Origin: Eledone cirrhosa
Lineage: Eukaryota
Direction of reading: 5' to 3'
DNA length: 64,000 bases
NCBI GenBank assembly: GCA_964016885.1
Contig: OZ024740.1
Span: 60,574,001 to 60,638,000 of the forward strand
Shown: positions 40,772 through 52,229 of the stretch, one piece after another
Position numbering within the stretch: position 1 is the first letter of the stretch
How the letters are laid out: each line of letters begins with the position of its first letter
Notes under the pieces: generated by a model
Seen by the model: the letters and a program-made list of their open reading frames with translations, nothing else
The model's database searches: none
What the model was told of the DNA's origin: nothing
Translations under genes and position numbers: made by a program

Positions 40772-40972
40772 CCATATCGATAAACATTTCTGAAATATTT
40801 ATTTTTTCACCCCAGAAGGGGTGAAAATATATTTACCCTACGTCTAGCGTCCCAGACTAGGGGTTAGAGTTAATGATACAAAAGAATTCAAAAAAATTCA
40901 CGCACAAATATAGCAGGTAAAATTCCAAATCACAGAGCGATATGAAACACGTCTACTATCCTGAGACAGACA

Positions 40973-43900
40973 AATTTCTGTTTATTTGCCACTAGGGCAC
41001 AAAAGAAAGGGACATGTACATGGGTGGGGGGAGTTTACATAAAAATCGAGTAAGAAAAATATAACAAACAAAATAATAACAAGAAGATCCTCAATAGGGA
41101 GGGATCGTTTTGGGGTCACACACACCCCCGAAAAAAGTGTGCGACCCTTCTCCACGGGAGCACAAAGAGAGGGTGCTCCCTCCTTTCTGTTCCACCTACA
41201 GGCTGAGGTAGAGAGAAGGCCCATTCACACGGGCCATTCTCGCAACTTTCACCCACCTTTCATAAAACTGGCTGGAGTGGAGCACCTCTCTCTCCATCCT
41301 GATCCTTCTTCCGAAATGGTATCGGAAGAAAAGGACCAGTTGTTGGCCGGAGAGAAAGGTGTCCGACCTCAGCCCTTTCAGACGCGTCCACCATATAGCC
41401 TCTTTTACCATGGCTATTACACAGAGGAAGACCGCCTCTCCTTCATTTTTGAAGGGGGGAGGCGGCTTGATCGTTACAATGGACTCGGTGGTCAACCTAA
41501 TTGGTCCCACCCGTGACAGTAGTTGTTCGACATAGCCCCACAGATCGGCAACGCCCGGGCAGTGCACCAATGCGTGCGCGACGGTTTCCTCGTCGCGCAC
41601 GCATCTGGGACAGATCTTTTTCGAGGGGTCCCTACCCGGGCGCCCGTGTCTGTAGAGCTTATCCCGAACGGGCAGAGCCCCTCGGTAGCACTGCCAGGCC
41701 AAGGACTTCTGGAAGTTGTCCATAGGTCCCGGGCCGAAAGTCCTACCGAATAGACTGGCCAGTTCGTCCTCCTCCATGCCTAGGGCTTCTCCGAGGGCGT
41801 CGTCGCACCCGCTAACCACCAGCCCTCTATAGAATGACGAGGTGGAGTCTCCGTCGATAGCCGGGTCCGCCTGCCAGAGAGCCGTGAGCGCCTGGGCACA
41901 CTCGGTGTGCCAGTCGCCCAGTTTTCTCGGTCTTTGCTTCACCCAGGACTGCAGCTCGGTGAGCGAGACGAGCCTCGGGAAGGCTCGCCTCACAAACGGG
42001 GCCCACACCGGTTGACCGGTGAGGAATACGTGGAGGTGCCTTAGCCTCAATGCGTGTTTACGCATTTTTAGCCACGGCATCCCCAGCCCTCCTTTCAAAG
42101 GGTGTTGACAGCAGATGGATCTCCTCACTAGAGGAGACCTCTTCTTCCAAAGGAAATAAAAGAGGGCGCGCTCCATTTTGGCGAGGATCTCACCCGGGCA
42201 AGGCACGACAGTCAAGCGGTAATAGATGACGGACGCTATGTAAGCGTTCGCCACCTCCGCCCGACCTTTTAGGGATAGTTTGCACTCGGCCCACTTCTGG
42301 GTCAGTGCAAACACCCTATTCGTCACCTCACCCCAGTTTTTCTCCACCTGGAGGTCCGGTCCGAACCAGACCCCAAGCAACTTCACCGGGCCCTCCGTCC
42401 ACCGTCCGACGATACCGTCGCACGACATCGCTTTGCCCCTCCACTCGCCGAGTTGCAAAGCGACTGACTTGTCCCGGTTCAGCTTAGCCCCTGTCAACCT
42501 TTCGTACTCCTCTAGTAAGGTGCCGATCGCCTCGATTTCCGAGGCGGTCGACACCATTACTGTTACGTCATCGGCGTAGGCCGACACCGCTTTGCGCAAT
42601 CCCGGTTCCAAAGGGATGCCCTGCAACAACTCCAACTTCCGCAGTAATGGCTCGAGAGTCAATACATACAGAAGGGAGGAGAGAGGGCACCCCTGTCGGA
42701 TGGAGCGGGTGATTTCGAACGGCTCCGAAAGGTAGCCGTTCACCTTGATTCTAGAGCAGATGCGGCTGCTGTGCATGGCAGTGATCCAGCCCCTGAAAAC
42801 GGGTCCGAACCCAGCCGCCGCTAGCACCGCATCCAGGTAACCATGGTCCACCCTATCGAACGCTTTAGACTGATCTAAATTTATCAGGGCCCCACCAAAG
42901 CCGGGTTCGTTCCCAACCCTCTCTATGATGTATCGCATGAGGTGGAGGTTGTCGTGGATGGACCTGGACGGGATAGCGCATGTCTGCGCATCTCCCACCA
43001 GGCCCCCCACGACAAGCGCCAACCTCTTCGCTAACACCTTCGCCAAAATCTTTAACTCTGCATTTAGCAGAGTTATGGGCCTAAAATTACTAATGTCATC
43101 CCCCTTGTTCTCGTCCTTCCTCACTAGCGAGACTACGCCCTTGGTCACAGAACAGGGAATTCTCCCGTTCTGTTGCCAGTTGCAGTAGACCGCCTCGAGG
43201 AGATCGGGGAACAAGTCCGGCATATTAATATATAGTTCGTAGGGCAGACCATCGAGTCCTGGAGATTTGCGTTTGCCGCATAGGCTCAGCACGTCCCCTA
43301 TTTCAGCAGCTGAGATCGGCCCGTCGCAGGACCTCGCCTCCCTGTCCGAAAGACGCGGCAGGCCGTCGAGGTATGGACCGAAATCCACATCTCCAACCGG
43401 CTCCCCGCCCCTCCCGAACAATTGGGCAAAGTGCCTTTGAAAGGCCTCGCACATTTGCTTAGGTTCAAGGATCACCCGTCCATCCTGGTCTCGCAAAGAC
43501 CGGATAGTGGATTTAATCCCACTTTTCGCTTCTGTCACGCGGGCCCAGCTAACAGCTTTGGTCCCCTCGTTTCCCAGAGCACGTATTTTGCTTCGGACAA
43601 CGCAGCCTTCGTGTTTCGCGTCGAAGAACTGGTTCAAGACCGTTCTCGACGCTTGCACTCTGGCCACGTTGCCGCTTCTCATTGCCTCTTCAACATTAAC
43701 TACCAACTCCCTTTCCTTCCTATTTCTATCTGAGGCTAACTCCTTACTAACTCCTATTGAAACTACTCTAATCTCTCTTTTTAGAGAGCCCCACCATCTG
43801 TTGTTGACGATGGCGCCCGTCAACTGCTCCTTAACTAAGGTTCTAATCCGGTCGCTGTAAGCTCTACTTGCCGGTAAGGACAAGTTGAGCTTCCAGTAAC

Positions 43901-44840
43901 CGGGCCCCTGCCTATGCGTTCTATCAAGGTGGACTACGCAGGTCACTAACTTGTGGTCTGAATAGCCCACCATGAGCATTTCTGGACAACTTAAAAAGTC
44001 CCTATCCTTAATTCTAACTAAGAACCTATCTAGGTACGATCTAGATTGACCACTGTTATTTGACCAGGTCCAGGTTGGTACAGTCGGAAAATCTAGTCGG
44101 TATCTATCGGCCAGGTCGAATCGGCCGATTAACCCCTTAAGGCTGTTACACCCCCCTCTATCGGGACATGCCCCTACATAGTCCCAACGTGCATCTAGGA
44201 TACCATTCCAGTCCCCCACTAAAAGCAAGGAGCAGGACGTCCCTAGAAAAGTCTCCAGACGATGGAAGAAGTCCGACCGCATTGCCCCAAAAGGGGCGTA
44301 TACGGCGACAAGCCTAAAAGCTTCGCCTTCGCCATTGCCAAGGTCCAGAACCACGAGTCGACCCTCCGGGTCCAAGTGTACCGTCTGTGTAGCGAGACCC
44401 AGATGTTTTTGCAGCAGAACGACAACCCCACCCCCACCTCCGAGCTGACAGAGAGATGCGTGCATCTCAAAGTCATCAAAGGTGGGGGTTAGCTGTCGCA
44501 TGCTGCTGATCCGGGCCTCGCAAATAACCATCGCATTTACACATTGTGACCTGAGGTCACTTAGAAGTTTAGCTTGCTTCCAAGGTGAGCCCAGGCCACG
44601 CGCATTTAGACAACCCACTCTTAAGACAGCCATGTTGGTGGCAAAGAAAGAGGCACTTACCTCTCTGCGTCCCGGGGTTCGGGTCGCTCAGTTTCCATGG
44701 GGCTGGTGGCGGGGTTGATGGGTGGGGTGGTGGTTTGTGGTGGTGTGGGGGTATTGGTGTGTGGAGGGGTTGGGATCTTTGGAGTTGTGTGGGTGTTTGA
44801 GGAGGGGAGGGGAAAACCTTTCAGGAGGACGCGGTTCTGA
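40973..44840 (-). mobile_element. Tx1-clade copy E, lacking most of ORF1, in (GACA)n
   Basis: Near-identical to D from the 3' end up to the last ~60 ORF1 codons, then CTGA-(GACA)n from 44837. Confidence 0.95.
41196..44633 (-). CDS. Intact ORF2, 1145 aa: APE endonuclease, reverse transcriptase, C-terminal zinc finger
   Basis: EN motifs CLNARGL, VICE, GDWN, YLDRFL and SDH; RT motifs SPGLDG, FRPITLLN, DQSKAFDRV, RQGCPLS and YADD; ZnF CPRC-x8-H-x4-C. Confidence 0.97.
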   Translation of the reverse strand: MAVLRVGCLNARGLGSPWKQAKLLSDLRSQCVNAMVICEARISSMRQLTPTFDDFEMHASLCQLGGGGGVVVLLQKHLGLATQTVHLDPEGRLVVLDLGNGEGEAFRLVAVYAPFGAMRSDFFHRLETFLGTSCSLLLVGDWNGILDARWDYVGACPDRGGCNSLKGLIGRFDLADRYRLDFPTVPTWTWSNNSGQSRSYLDRFLVRIKDRDFLSCPEMLMVGYSDHKLVTCVVHLDRTHRQGPGYWKLNLSLPASRAYSDRIRTLVKEQLTGAIVNNRWWGSLKREIRVVSIGVSKELASDRNRKERELVVNVEEAMRSGNVARVQASRTVLNQFFDAKHEGCVVRSKIRALGNEGTKAVSWARVTEAKSGIKSTIRSLRDQDGRVILEPKQMCEAFQRHFAQLFGRGGEPVGDVDFGPYLDGLPRLSDREARSCDGPISAAEIGDVLSLCGKRKSPGLDGLPYELYINMPDLFPDLLEAVYCNWQQNGRIPCSVTKGVVSLVRKDENKGDDISNFRPITLLNAELKILAKVLAKRLALVVGGLVGDAQTCAIPSRSIHDNLHLMRYIIERVGNEPGFGGALINLDQSKAFDRVDHGYLDAVLAAAGFGPVFRGWITAMHSSRICSRIKVNGYLSEPFEITRSIRQGCPLSSLLYVLTLEPLLRKLELLQGIPLEPGLRKAVSAYADDVTVMVSTASEIEAIGTLLEEYERLTGAKLNRDKSVALQLGEWRGKAMSCDGIVGRWTEGPVKLLGVWFGPDLQVEKNWGEVTNRVFALTQKWAECKLSLKGRAEVANAYIASVIYYRLTVVPCPGEILAKMERALFYFLWKKRSPLVRRSICCQHPLKGGLGMPWLKMRKHALRLRHLHVFLTGQPVWAPFVRRAFPRLVSLTELQSWVKQRPRKLGDWHTECAQALTALWQADPAIDGDSTSSFYRGLVVSGCDDALGEALGMEEDELASLFGRTFGPGPMDNFQKSLAWQCYRGALPVRDKLYRHGRPGRDPSKKICPRCVRDEETVAHALVHCPGVADLWGYVEQLLSRVGPIRLTTESIVTIKPPPPFKNEGEAVFLCVIAMVKEAIWWTRLKGLRSDTFLSGQQLVLFFRYHFGRRIRMEREVLHSSQFYERWVKVARMARVNGPSLYLSL

Positions 44841-45094
44841 GACAGACAGACAGACAGACAGAGAGAGACAGACAAACAAACTGAGAGACTGGCTGACAGA
44901 CAGGCAGGCTGGCAGACAGGCTGATAGATGGGAGTACAGGCAGACAGGCGGGCTGACGAGCGGGCTGACTGATAGATGGACGTAGAGCAGATGGCTGAAA
45001 TTTTAGAGATCTAGATAAGATGAGATATGGGAAAATATCAGTGAAATCGATAAATGAATAAATATATAAATGGGAGGACAGAGTATTTAAGAGA

Positions 45095-45415
45095 CATACA
45101 TATATACCGAGATAAATAAATACAAACATACATACATATATACCGAGATAAATAAATACATACATACATATATACCGAGATAAATAAATACAAACATACA
45201 TACATATATACCGAGATAAATGCATACAAACACACATACATATATACCGAGATAAATACATACATACATATATACCGAGATAAATACATACATACATACA
45301 TACATATATACCGAGATAAATACATAGAAACATACATATATACCGAGATAAATGCATACAAACACACATACATATATACCGAGATAAATACATACATACA
45401 TATATACCGAGATAA

Positions 45416-45446
<31 letters not shown>

Positions 45447-45555
45447 CCGAGATAAATACATAGAAACATACATACATATATACCGAGATAAATACATAGA
45501 AACATACATACATATATACCGAGATAAATACATACATACATATATACCGAGATAA

Positions 45556-45586
<31 letters not shown>

Positions 45587-45767
45587 CCGAGATAAATAAA
45601 TACAAACATACATACATATATACCGAGATAAATACATACATACATACATACATATATACCGAGATAAATACATACAAACATACATACATATATACCGAGA
45701 TAAATACATAGAAACATACATACATATATACCGAGATAAATACATACATACATATATACCGAGATAA

Positions 45768-45798
<31 letters not shown>

Positions 45799-46140
45799 CC
45801 GAGATAAATACATACAAACATACATACATATATACCGAGATAAATACATAGAAACATACATACATATATACCGAGATAAATACATACATACATATATACC
45901 GAGATAAATACATACATACATACATATATACCGAGATAAATACATACATACATACATATTGAGATAAATACATACATATATATTGAGATAAATACATACA
46001 AACATACATACATATATACTGAGATAAATACATACATACATATATACATACATATACTGAGATAAATACATACATACATATACATATACTGAGATAAATA
46101 CATACATACATATACATATACTGAGATAAATACATACATA
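45095..46140. repeat. Compound minisatellite, ~31 units of TATA-CCGAGATAAA-(TACA)n
   Basis: Fixed core with variable-length CATA filler; the core changes to TTGAG/CTGAG in the last 6 units. Confidence 0.93.
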
Positions 46141-46168
46141 CATATACATATACATAAAAGCATACATA

Positions 46169-46321
46169 CATGGTGGCTGCCAACTCGTTTTCGAGTACGG
46201 CCACTACTTTATATCCATGTAGGAGAACCCCTACCGATGCGCTGAACGAGTGTGACTTTTTAGTCCAGCCAGCGACTTGAAAACTCTGGTACAAACACTA
46301 CACTTGTGACAATTATTGACA
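46169..46321 (-). mobile_element. RTE-derived short element, 3' part
   Basis: Same sequence as 10389 and 56195; CATA-flanked. Confidence 0.7.
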
Positions 46322-46489
46322 TACATACATACATATATATACTGAGATAAATACATACATACATACATACATACATACATACATACATACATACATACAT
46401 ACATACATACATACATACATACATACATACATACATACATACATACATACATACTTGTGAAATTATAAAACCAGAAGAACATACATACA

Positions 46490-46898
46490 TTCAGATTTAT
46501 GCCTGTGATTATTGGGGCACTGGGATATGTTAGTAACTGCCTCAATACAAATCTTGAGAAGCTAGGCTTCACAGGAACAGAAAGAACACAACTACTTAGG
46601 AAATTACAAGTACAATCCATTAATGGAACAGTAAAAATATGTAAAACATTTCAAAAATGTTGCATCTAATAACTGCATATACACATGTACAGATGCAAAT
46701 CATATACACATGCACACATACAACTCAAAACATACACATCCACACATTCAATAACATCCATATCTACACATGCAGACATACATACATATCTACCTAGTTG
46801 ATGTTGTGTAAATTCCAATGAGAGAGTCTTGTGTATATGTTAGAAACCGACTCTCGCTTTATTGGTAAAACTTTGTGAAATTATAAAACCAGAAGAAC
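46490..46898 (+). mobile_element. R4/Dong-like (restriction-like endonuclease) retrotransposon 3' fragment
   Basis: Hand translation FRFMPVIIGALGYVSNCLNTNLEKLGF...LRKLQVQSINGTVKICKTFQKCCI*. 3'UTR ends TGTGAAATTATAAAACCAGAAGAA-(CATA)n; the same tip is repeated at 46457-46480. Confidence 0.75.
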
Positions 46899-46907
46899 AT
46901 ACATACA

Positions 46908-47305
46908 TACGAGGGCAATACCAAAAGTAAGGCCTCCTTTCGATATTGCAACTTTTCCGTTAAAATCCTGTGGATGGTGCTTCGGGAAACCTCAGGAACA
47001 AAAATGCAGAGAGCATCCAGAGTGATCCGCCGATCTTTACGCATGTTTTCCTCGGAAAGAGACCTTACTTTTGGGATTGCCCTCGTAAATAATAACTGCG
47101 CGAAATTCGCACTTGGCGGTAGCGTTCAACGGGAGCTCCATTCTCAACGGCTGCCAAGCCAAGATTGAGAATCCCAGCGAAGCGCGCACATGCTTGTTTG
47201 GGAGTGAAGGAAGCACCAATCACAACAGTGTTGCCAACAGCCGTACGAACAGTTTCTCTGCGTCCCCATCACTTTGGAGACCTTACTTTTGGGATTACCC
47301 TCGTA
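46908..47305 (-). mobile_element. Rearranged mariner remnant with three TIRs
   Basis: TIRs at 46908-46936, 47059-47087 and 47277-47305. Transposase pieces MELPLNATAKCEFRAVI and MRKDRRITLDAL...IHRILTEKLQYRK. Confidence 0.8.
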
Positions 47306-47663
47306 CATACATATATACATACATACACTGAGATAAATATATACATTCATACATACACACACACATTCAGTCATACATACACATACACGCACATACATAC
47401 GTGCATACATACGTACGTACATACATACACACATAAATACATACATACGTACATACATATTTGTTATACTGACAAGGAGGAATAAGAAAGACGAAAAAAT
47501 AAAAAGAGTATGAAGTTAAAAACAGGGATAGATAGATGAATGATTGGATGAACATAGGAAAGGACAAGGGGAAAGAGACAGAACGGAGAGAGAAAGGGAA
47601 CAGAAAGACAACCGGAATCTACAGAAAGCAGAGAGATAAAGAGGGAAAGAGTGAGAGGGGAGG

Positions 47664-47707
<44 letters not shown>

Positions 47708-49800
47708 CACCATATTAAAATCACATTAGAAATAAAGAAGGTTATAAGTTGAGCCCACCGGACACCATAATCCAAATGAGATAGAATTAGGAATGTGATT
47801 TTATACCATTGCATCGTTTAAGCCATCCTCCTTGTGGACTCCTCCTGTGACAATTTATTGAATTATTGACATATAACTTATCACGTCTTATGATGATATC
47901 AGGTGTGAGATTCACTTTGTTGGTTTATTTTCAAATCTTATGTCAATAATCCAAACGCTTTCAGAAATCAGAATAAGGTAAATATAGTAACGAAAGAGAG
48001 AAATAAATTTTTTGTCATACAATAGGATATTGTAATTTTTCTTTATAATATATTGATAGACATGAATGTACGGCTCAATACTGCGGTGTTTGAACAGCAA
48101 CATCGAATCTTGGGAAACTGTAAATCATATGCAAGCTGATATATTTCATTGTAAAATATAAAAAGGGTGACGAATTGACAGTTTCGTTAGGACGTTGGGT
48201 AGAATGCTTTGTGATGTTCGTTCCAGTTCTTTGCGCTCAAATCCCGCCTAGGTCAACTTTGACTTTTATCTGTTCAGAGTCGATAAATAAAGATCCAAAC
48301 TAGTTCTAGAGTTGATGTATTTTCTGTCGTTTTTCTCTCTATAAGAAATCAGCTTTGATCAAACTTAGAGAGGAAAGGGTCCCGCTACGTTTGAATGCCT
48401 AAGAAACTCCACATATGACGCCGCCCTTTCCCCTACAACTACATCAGTAGTTAAGCACTTAATGAATAAATGAAGATCTAATAGAAAGAGAAAACATATT
48501 GCATTAATTGTTAGTGTTATGTAGCTTCACGTCCGTCTCATTGAGCAGACCTCTTATGATCAACACCGTTACAGTCATAATGAACCCATCTTTTTGTAGC
48601 TTTAGAATTACATTATCCAATGTGTCCTTCCTTCTTCAAGATGATAGTGTGTGCTTTGAGGAAATTCAGTTGCTATTTCTAGCAGGTTGAACGACCATGT
48701 AGGGGCTTCCTCTTACGCTTTCGTTTTCCATCAAGCTGTATATGAAATATCAACGGTATACAAGTGTGCAATCGTTACCTTGTAAAGATGAGCTCAAATT
48801 CCTTACGCCAGGTTTACTTATGCCATAAATACAAATACAGAAAGGGTTATATATCCTGCCCCGAGGACTTTATGTACACGTTAATATGTTGTTGTACAAC
48901 ACCAGGACAGCCTGTAGCCGGTCAAATAACTAGAACTGCCCACAATTCTGTCTAGGATCTTTGAAAGGAATTTTATCAGAGCAATACCCAAGTTTCTTTC
49001 AGGTTCATTTCCCAAAATGTGAATGCTAATCTTCAATATAAGTAAATATTGTCTAAGATACCTGGAAATGCCCAGTGCAGGGCACAATGTAATCCCTGCA
49101 TCTACACTCATAGGCAGTGTCTCTGCCTGTTTAAAGTACACACTACACAGTCCGGCATGGACAAATGAATCGTTATTGTTTTACCTTAAGTCAGCTTTAA
49201 GCGGGAAACCCTATGATCATAAACATTCCAGACGCGACCTCGTTATTTTAAAGTTATTTCGTATGAAACATCAATTGGTGTGTCCACCATTGTTTAAAAC
49301 GATGAAATATAGTTTGAGAGGGATTTCTAGAAAGTCGAACGTACAAATTTATATTTAGCATTGTCTTCCTTCATTATTTTCACTTTCTGGATTATGACCA
49401 CGCCGAGGTACCATCTTCAAGGTTTTTAGTCGATATATCGACTCCCCATCTCAATACTCTGTCTGGCATTTATCGTAAAATAGGAAAATGCCAAGCAAGC
49501 AGTGACGAAGATAACTTTATCGAACATGACTACCGCAGAATATTATTGTTTTTCTCCTCGCGATATTTGTAGGCATGCATAAGTACCTGCGCACACACAT
49601 ACATACCACTCATTTTTTCTAGCTGGGTAAATTGGAGCAGCATGAAATAAAGTAACTTGCTCAAGGACAAAGCACACCGCTGGGAATAGAATAGAACTCA
49701 AGACCTTACAATCACAAGTCGAACCCCTAAATCACTAAGCCACGTGTCTTCTCAAACTGAAATGGGCTGGTATGTTAACATCGTCCTTCGCTAAAGATTA

Positions 49801-49946
49801 TCGTATTTCCCGGCGTCGAAGACGCTAATTTTTTCCTAAATCTCAAAAATCTACCATACATCCTGGAGGCTGAAGGTTGTTTATAATTTTTTTTCAAATT
49901 TTTCGCTGTCAAAATTTGGGTGCGTCTTCGGCGCCGGGAAATACGG
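49801..49946. mobile_element. Tc1/pogo-superfamily MITE (146 bp)
   Basis: TIR TCGTATTTCCCGGCGTCGAAGACGC / GCGTCTTCGGCGCCGGGAAATACGG with TA TSD. Confidence 0.85.
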
Positions 49947-49984
49947 TATGCTGCTTGGAGAAAACAAATTTATGAAAGCGGACA

Positions 49985-50810
49985 AATAATTGTTTCTACT
50001 TTCGGCTCAAGGCCAGTAATTACCCCAGTGCATTACTGGTGCTTTATTTTATCGACCCCCGTAAGGATGGAAGGCAAAGTTAACCTCGGCGGGATTTGAA
50101 TTTAGAACGTAAAGGGCCATAACTCTGTGCTGCAAAGCATGGTTCCTGACGTTTCTCCTATGTAAAGTTGCTTGGTGCAGCTCGCAAGCAGGAAAGTATA
50201 ATATTCCCATCGGGGGGAGGAACAAAGGAGGTGTTAACATGCATACCCTGCTGTCTACAGCTGGACATACTAACCATTTGAAGACGTTTACGAAGTAGGC
50301 AAGCACTTTTCAAAATTTGATTTAACAAAGCAGATTAAAATGTCACATAATAAAGGTTTCTGATTTAGGCACAAGGCCAGCAAGTTGGGTGGAAGAGAAA
50401 AGTCAATTAAATCTACCCCAATGCATTACTGGTGCTTTATTTTATCGACCCCTTAAGAATGAAATGCAAAGTTAACTTCGGCGAGATTTGAACTCAGATC
50501 ATAAAGGGCCGTAACTCTATGCTGCAAAGCATGGCGTCTGACTCTACCGATACTGCCAATCCACCACCCTAACATGCCACATAATGATGATTTCTAGTAT
50601 AGGCACAAAGCCAATAATTTGGGGGGAGGAGAAAGACGATTAAATCGACCCCAGTACGTTACTGGTGCTTATTTTATCGACCCCGTAAGGATGAAAGGCA
50701 AAGTTGACCTCGGCGGGATTTGAACTCAGACCATAAAGGGCCGTAACTCTATGCTGCAAAGAATGGTGTCTGATGCCAATCCACCGCCCTAACATGCCAC
50801 ATAATGATAA
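49985..50810 (-). mobile_element. Cluster of three main-family SINEs
   Basis: Reverse complements of the A/B box and central domain. Further dispersed copies near 3000, 11990, 18775, 19430, 23575, 25930, 31145, 33776, 35055, 48165, 58340, 59255, 59765 and 62175. Confidence 0.85.
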
Positions 50811-51414
50811 TAAATTCATACGGTGGTGCCACACCTTTGTTGGATCTACGATAGAATCTGCAGGTCTACAGCTGGCCTTATAAGCCACCTTAGAGCCTTT
50901 TACAAGGAAGCACTACGCCGGTAACAAAAAATAGACAGGGAGCGCAAAATATGGTCATATTCTGCACCATATATACATGACGAGTTTCAACTCATCGAAT
51001 TTCACTCACAAAGCATTGGTCACACTTATCCAAATTGTAGTGTAATAGGTTCGAACTCTGAAACATCGTATTTGTGAAGCCAACGACTTTAACGCACATC
51101 TATCGTGTATTCTTTGAATAAACCTAGCTTATAAATGAATTTATTTTGCAATGCTAGAAGTAATAACTAGACTATAGAGTTTAGAATATTTAAAATATTT
51201 GTTATTTACGATTTACATTGTGAAAACAGGAAATAAAAAAAAATGAAATCAGCCTAATAATTGCATTGAAATGACAAACTCTGTCATGTGTTTTTAATCT
51301 TTGCTTATTAAATATGCAGTCACTTGAAACATGTGTAACAACATTGATTTAGTTTTTGTCTTTGTACTAGAACAATAAACCTACAATAATTGACTTAAAA
51401 GAGAAAACAATCAT

Positions 51415-51462
<48 letters not shown>

Positions 51463-51571
51463 GAGCGTTCAACAGATAGATAAATAGATATGGATAGACA
51501 GGCAGACAGACATACTGGCTGCCTGACAGACAAACACACTGATATATATATATATATATATATATACACTC

Positions 51572-51633
<62 letters not shown>

Positions 51634-51651
51634 ATGATTGTTTTCTCTTTT

Positions 51652-51683
<32 letters not shown>

Positions 51684-52142
51684 CAAAGAAAAAAGAAGTC
51701 AGGATAATGTAAAACTGAGGCGGATTTGGTTTCAAAGCTCACAAAAAAATTTACACAGGCACATTATTATCAGGTGCACTTATTTAATGTAAAACCTGTT
51801 ATTATTTCATTCTAGAACCATCTGAAAGTCTCCCATACTTTATAACCATTACATTAATCTTACACAGATCTGTTGAAAACAAATGTGAGTCCCAACGTAT
51901 TGTCTGTCAGTACAAGGAACCTATTCTCTTAACCCTTCTAGATTTTCCTTTGATAGACAAGAACATCATTCCCTCTATGTACTGATATGTTTGAGAAATT
52001 ATATATTTCCTGTGAACAGACTAGGCTATAAGATCATGTATATCTTTACCAGGAAATTTATGTATGTATGATATACGCGCGCGATGTATGTATATATGAT
52101 GTGCGTGCGTAAATGATGTATGTATGTATGTATGTATGTATG

Positions 52143-52173
<31 letters not shown>

Positions 52174-52229
52174 GTAAGTATGTATGTTTTTATGTATGTA
52201 TGGCGTGGAATGATGAATGATAGGGTCCA

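Larger units (their letters stand above)
35341..40964 (-). mobile_element. Tx1-clade copy D, apparently full length (~5.6 kb), in GACA repeats
   Basis: 5'UTR, ORF1, ORF2 and 3'UTR with AATAAA and no poly(A). GACAG on the left; GACAGACA at 40965-40972. Confidence 0.95.

Noticed and set aside
27168-44800. Short antisense or alternate-frame ORFs recurring in each Tx1 copy
   Set aside because: They are shadows of the GC-rich ORF2 and recur only because the copies are homologous.
45095-46140. CRISPR-like repeat-spacer appearance and 350-450-aa ORFs
   Set aside because: The spacers are CATA repeats rather than unique sequence, there are no cas genes, the context is eukaryotic, and the ORFs are repeat translations.
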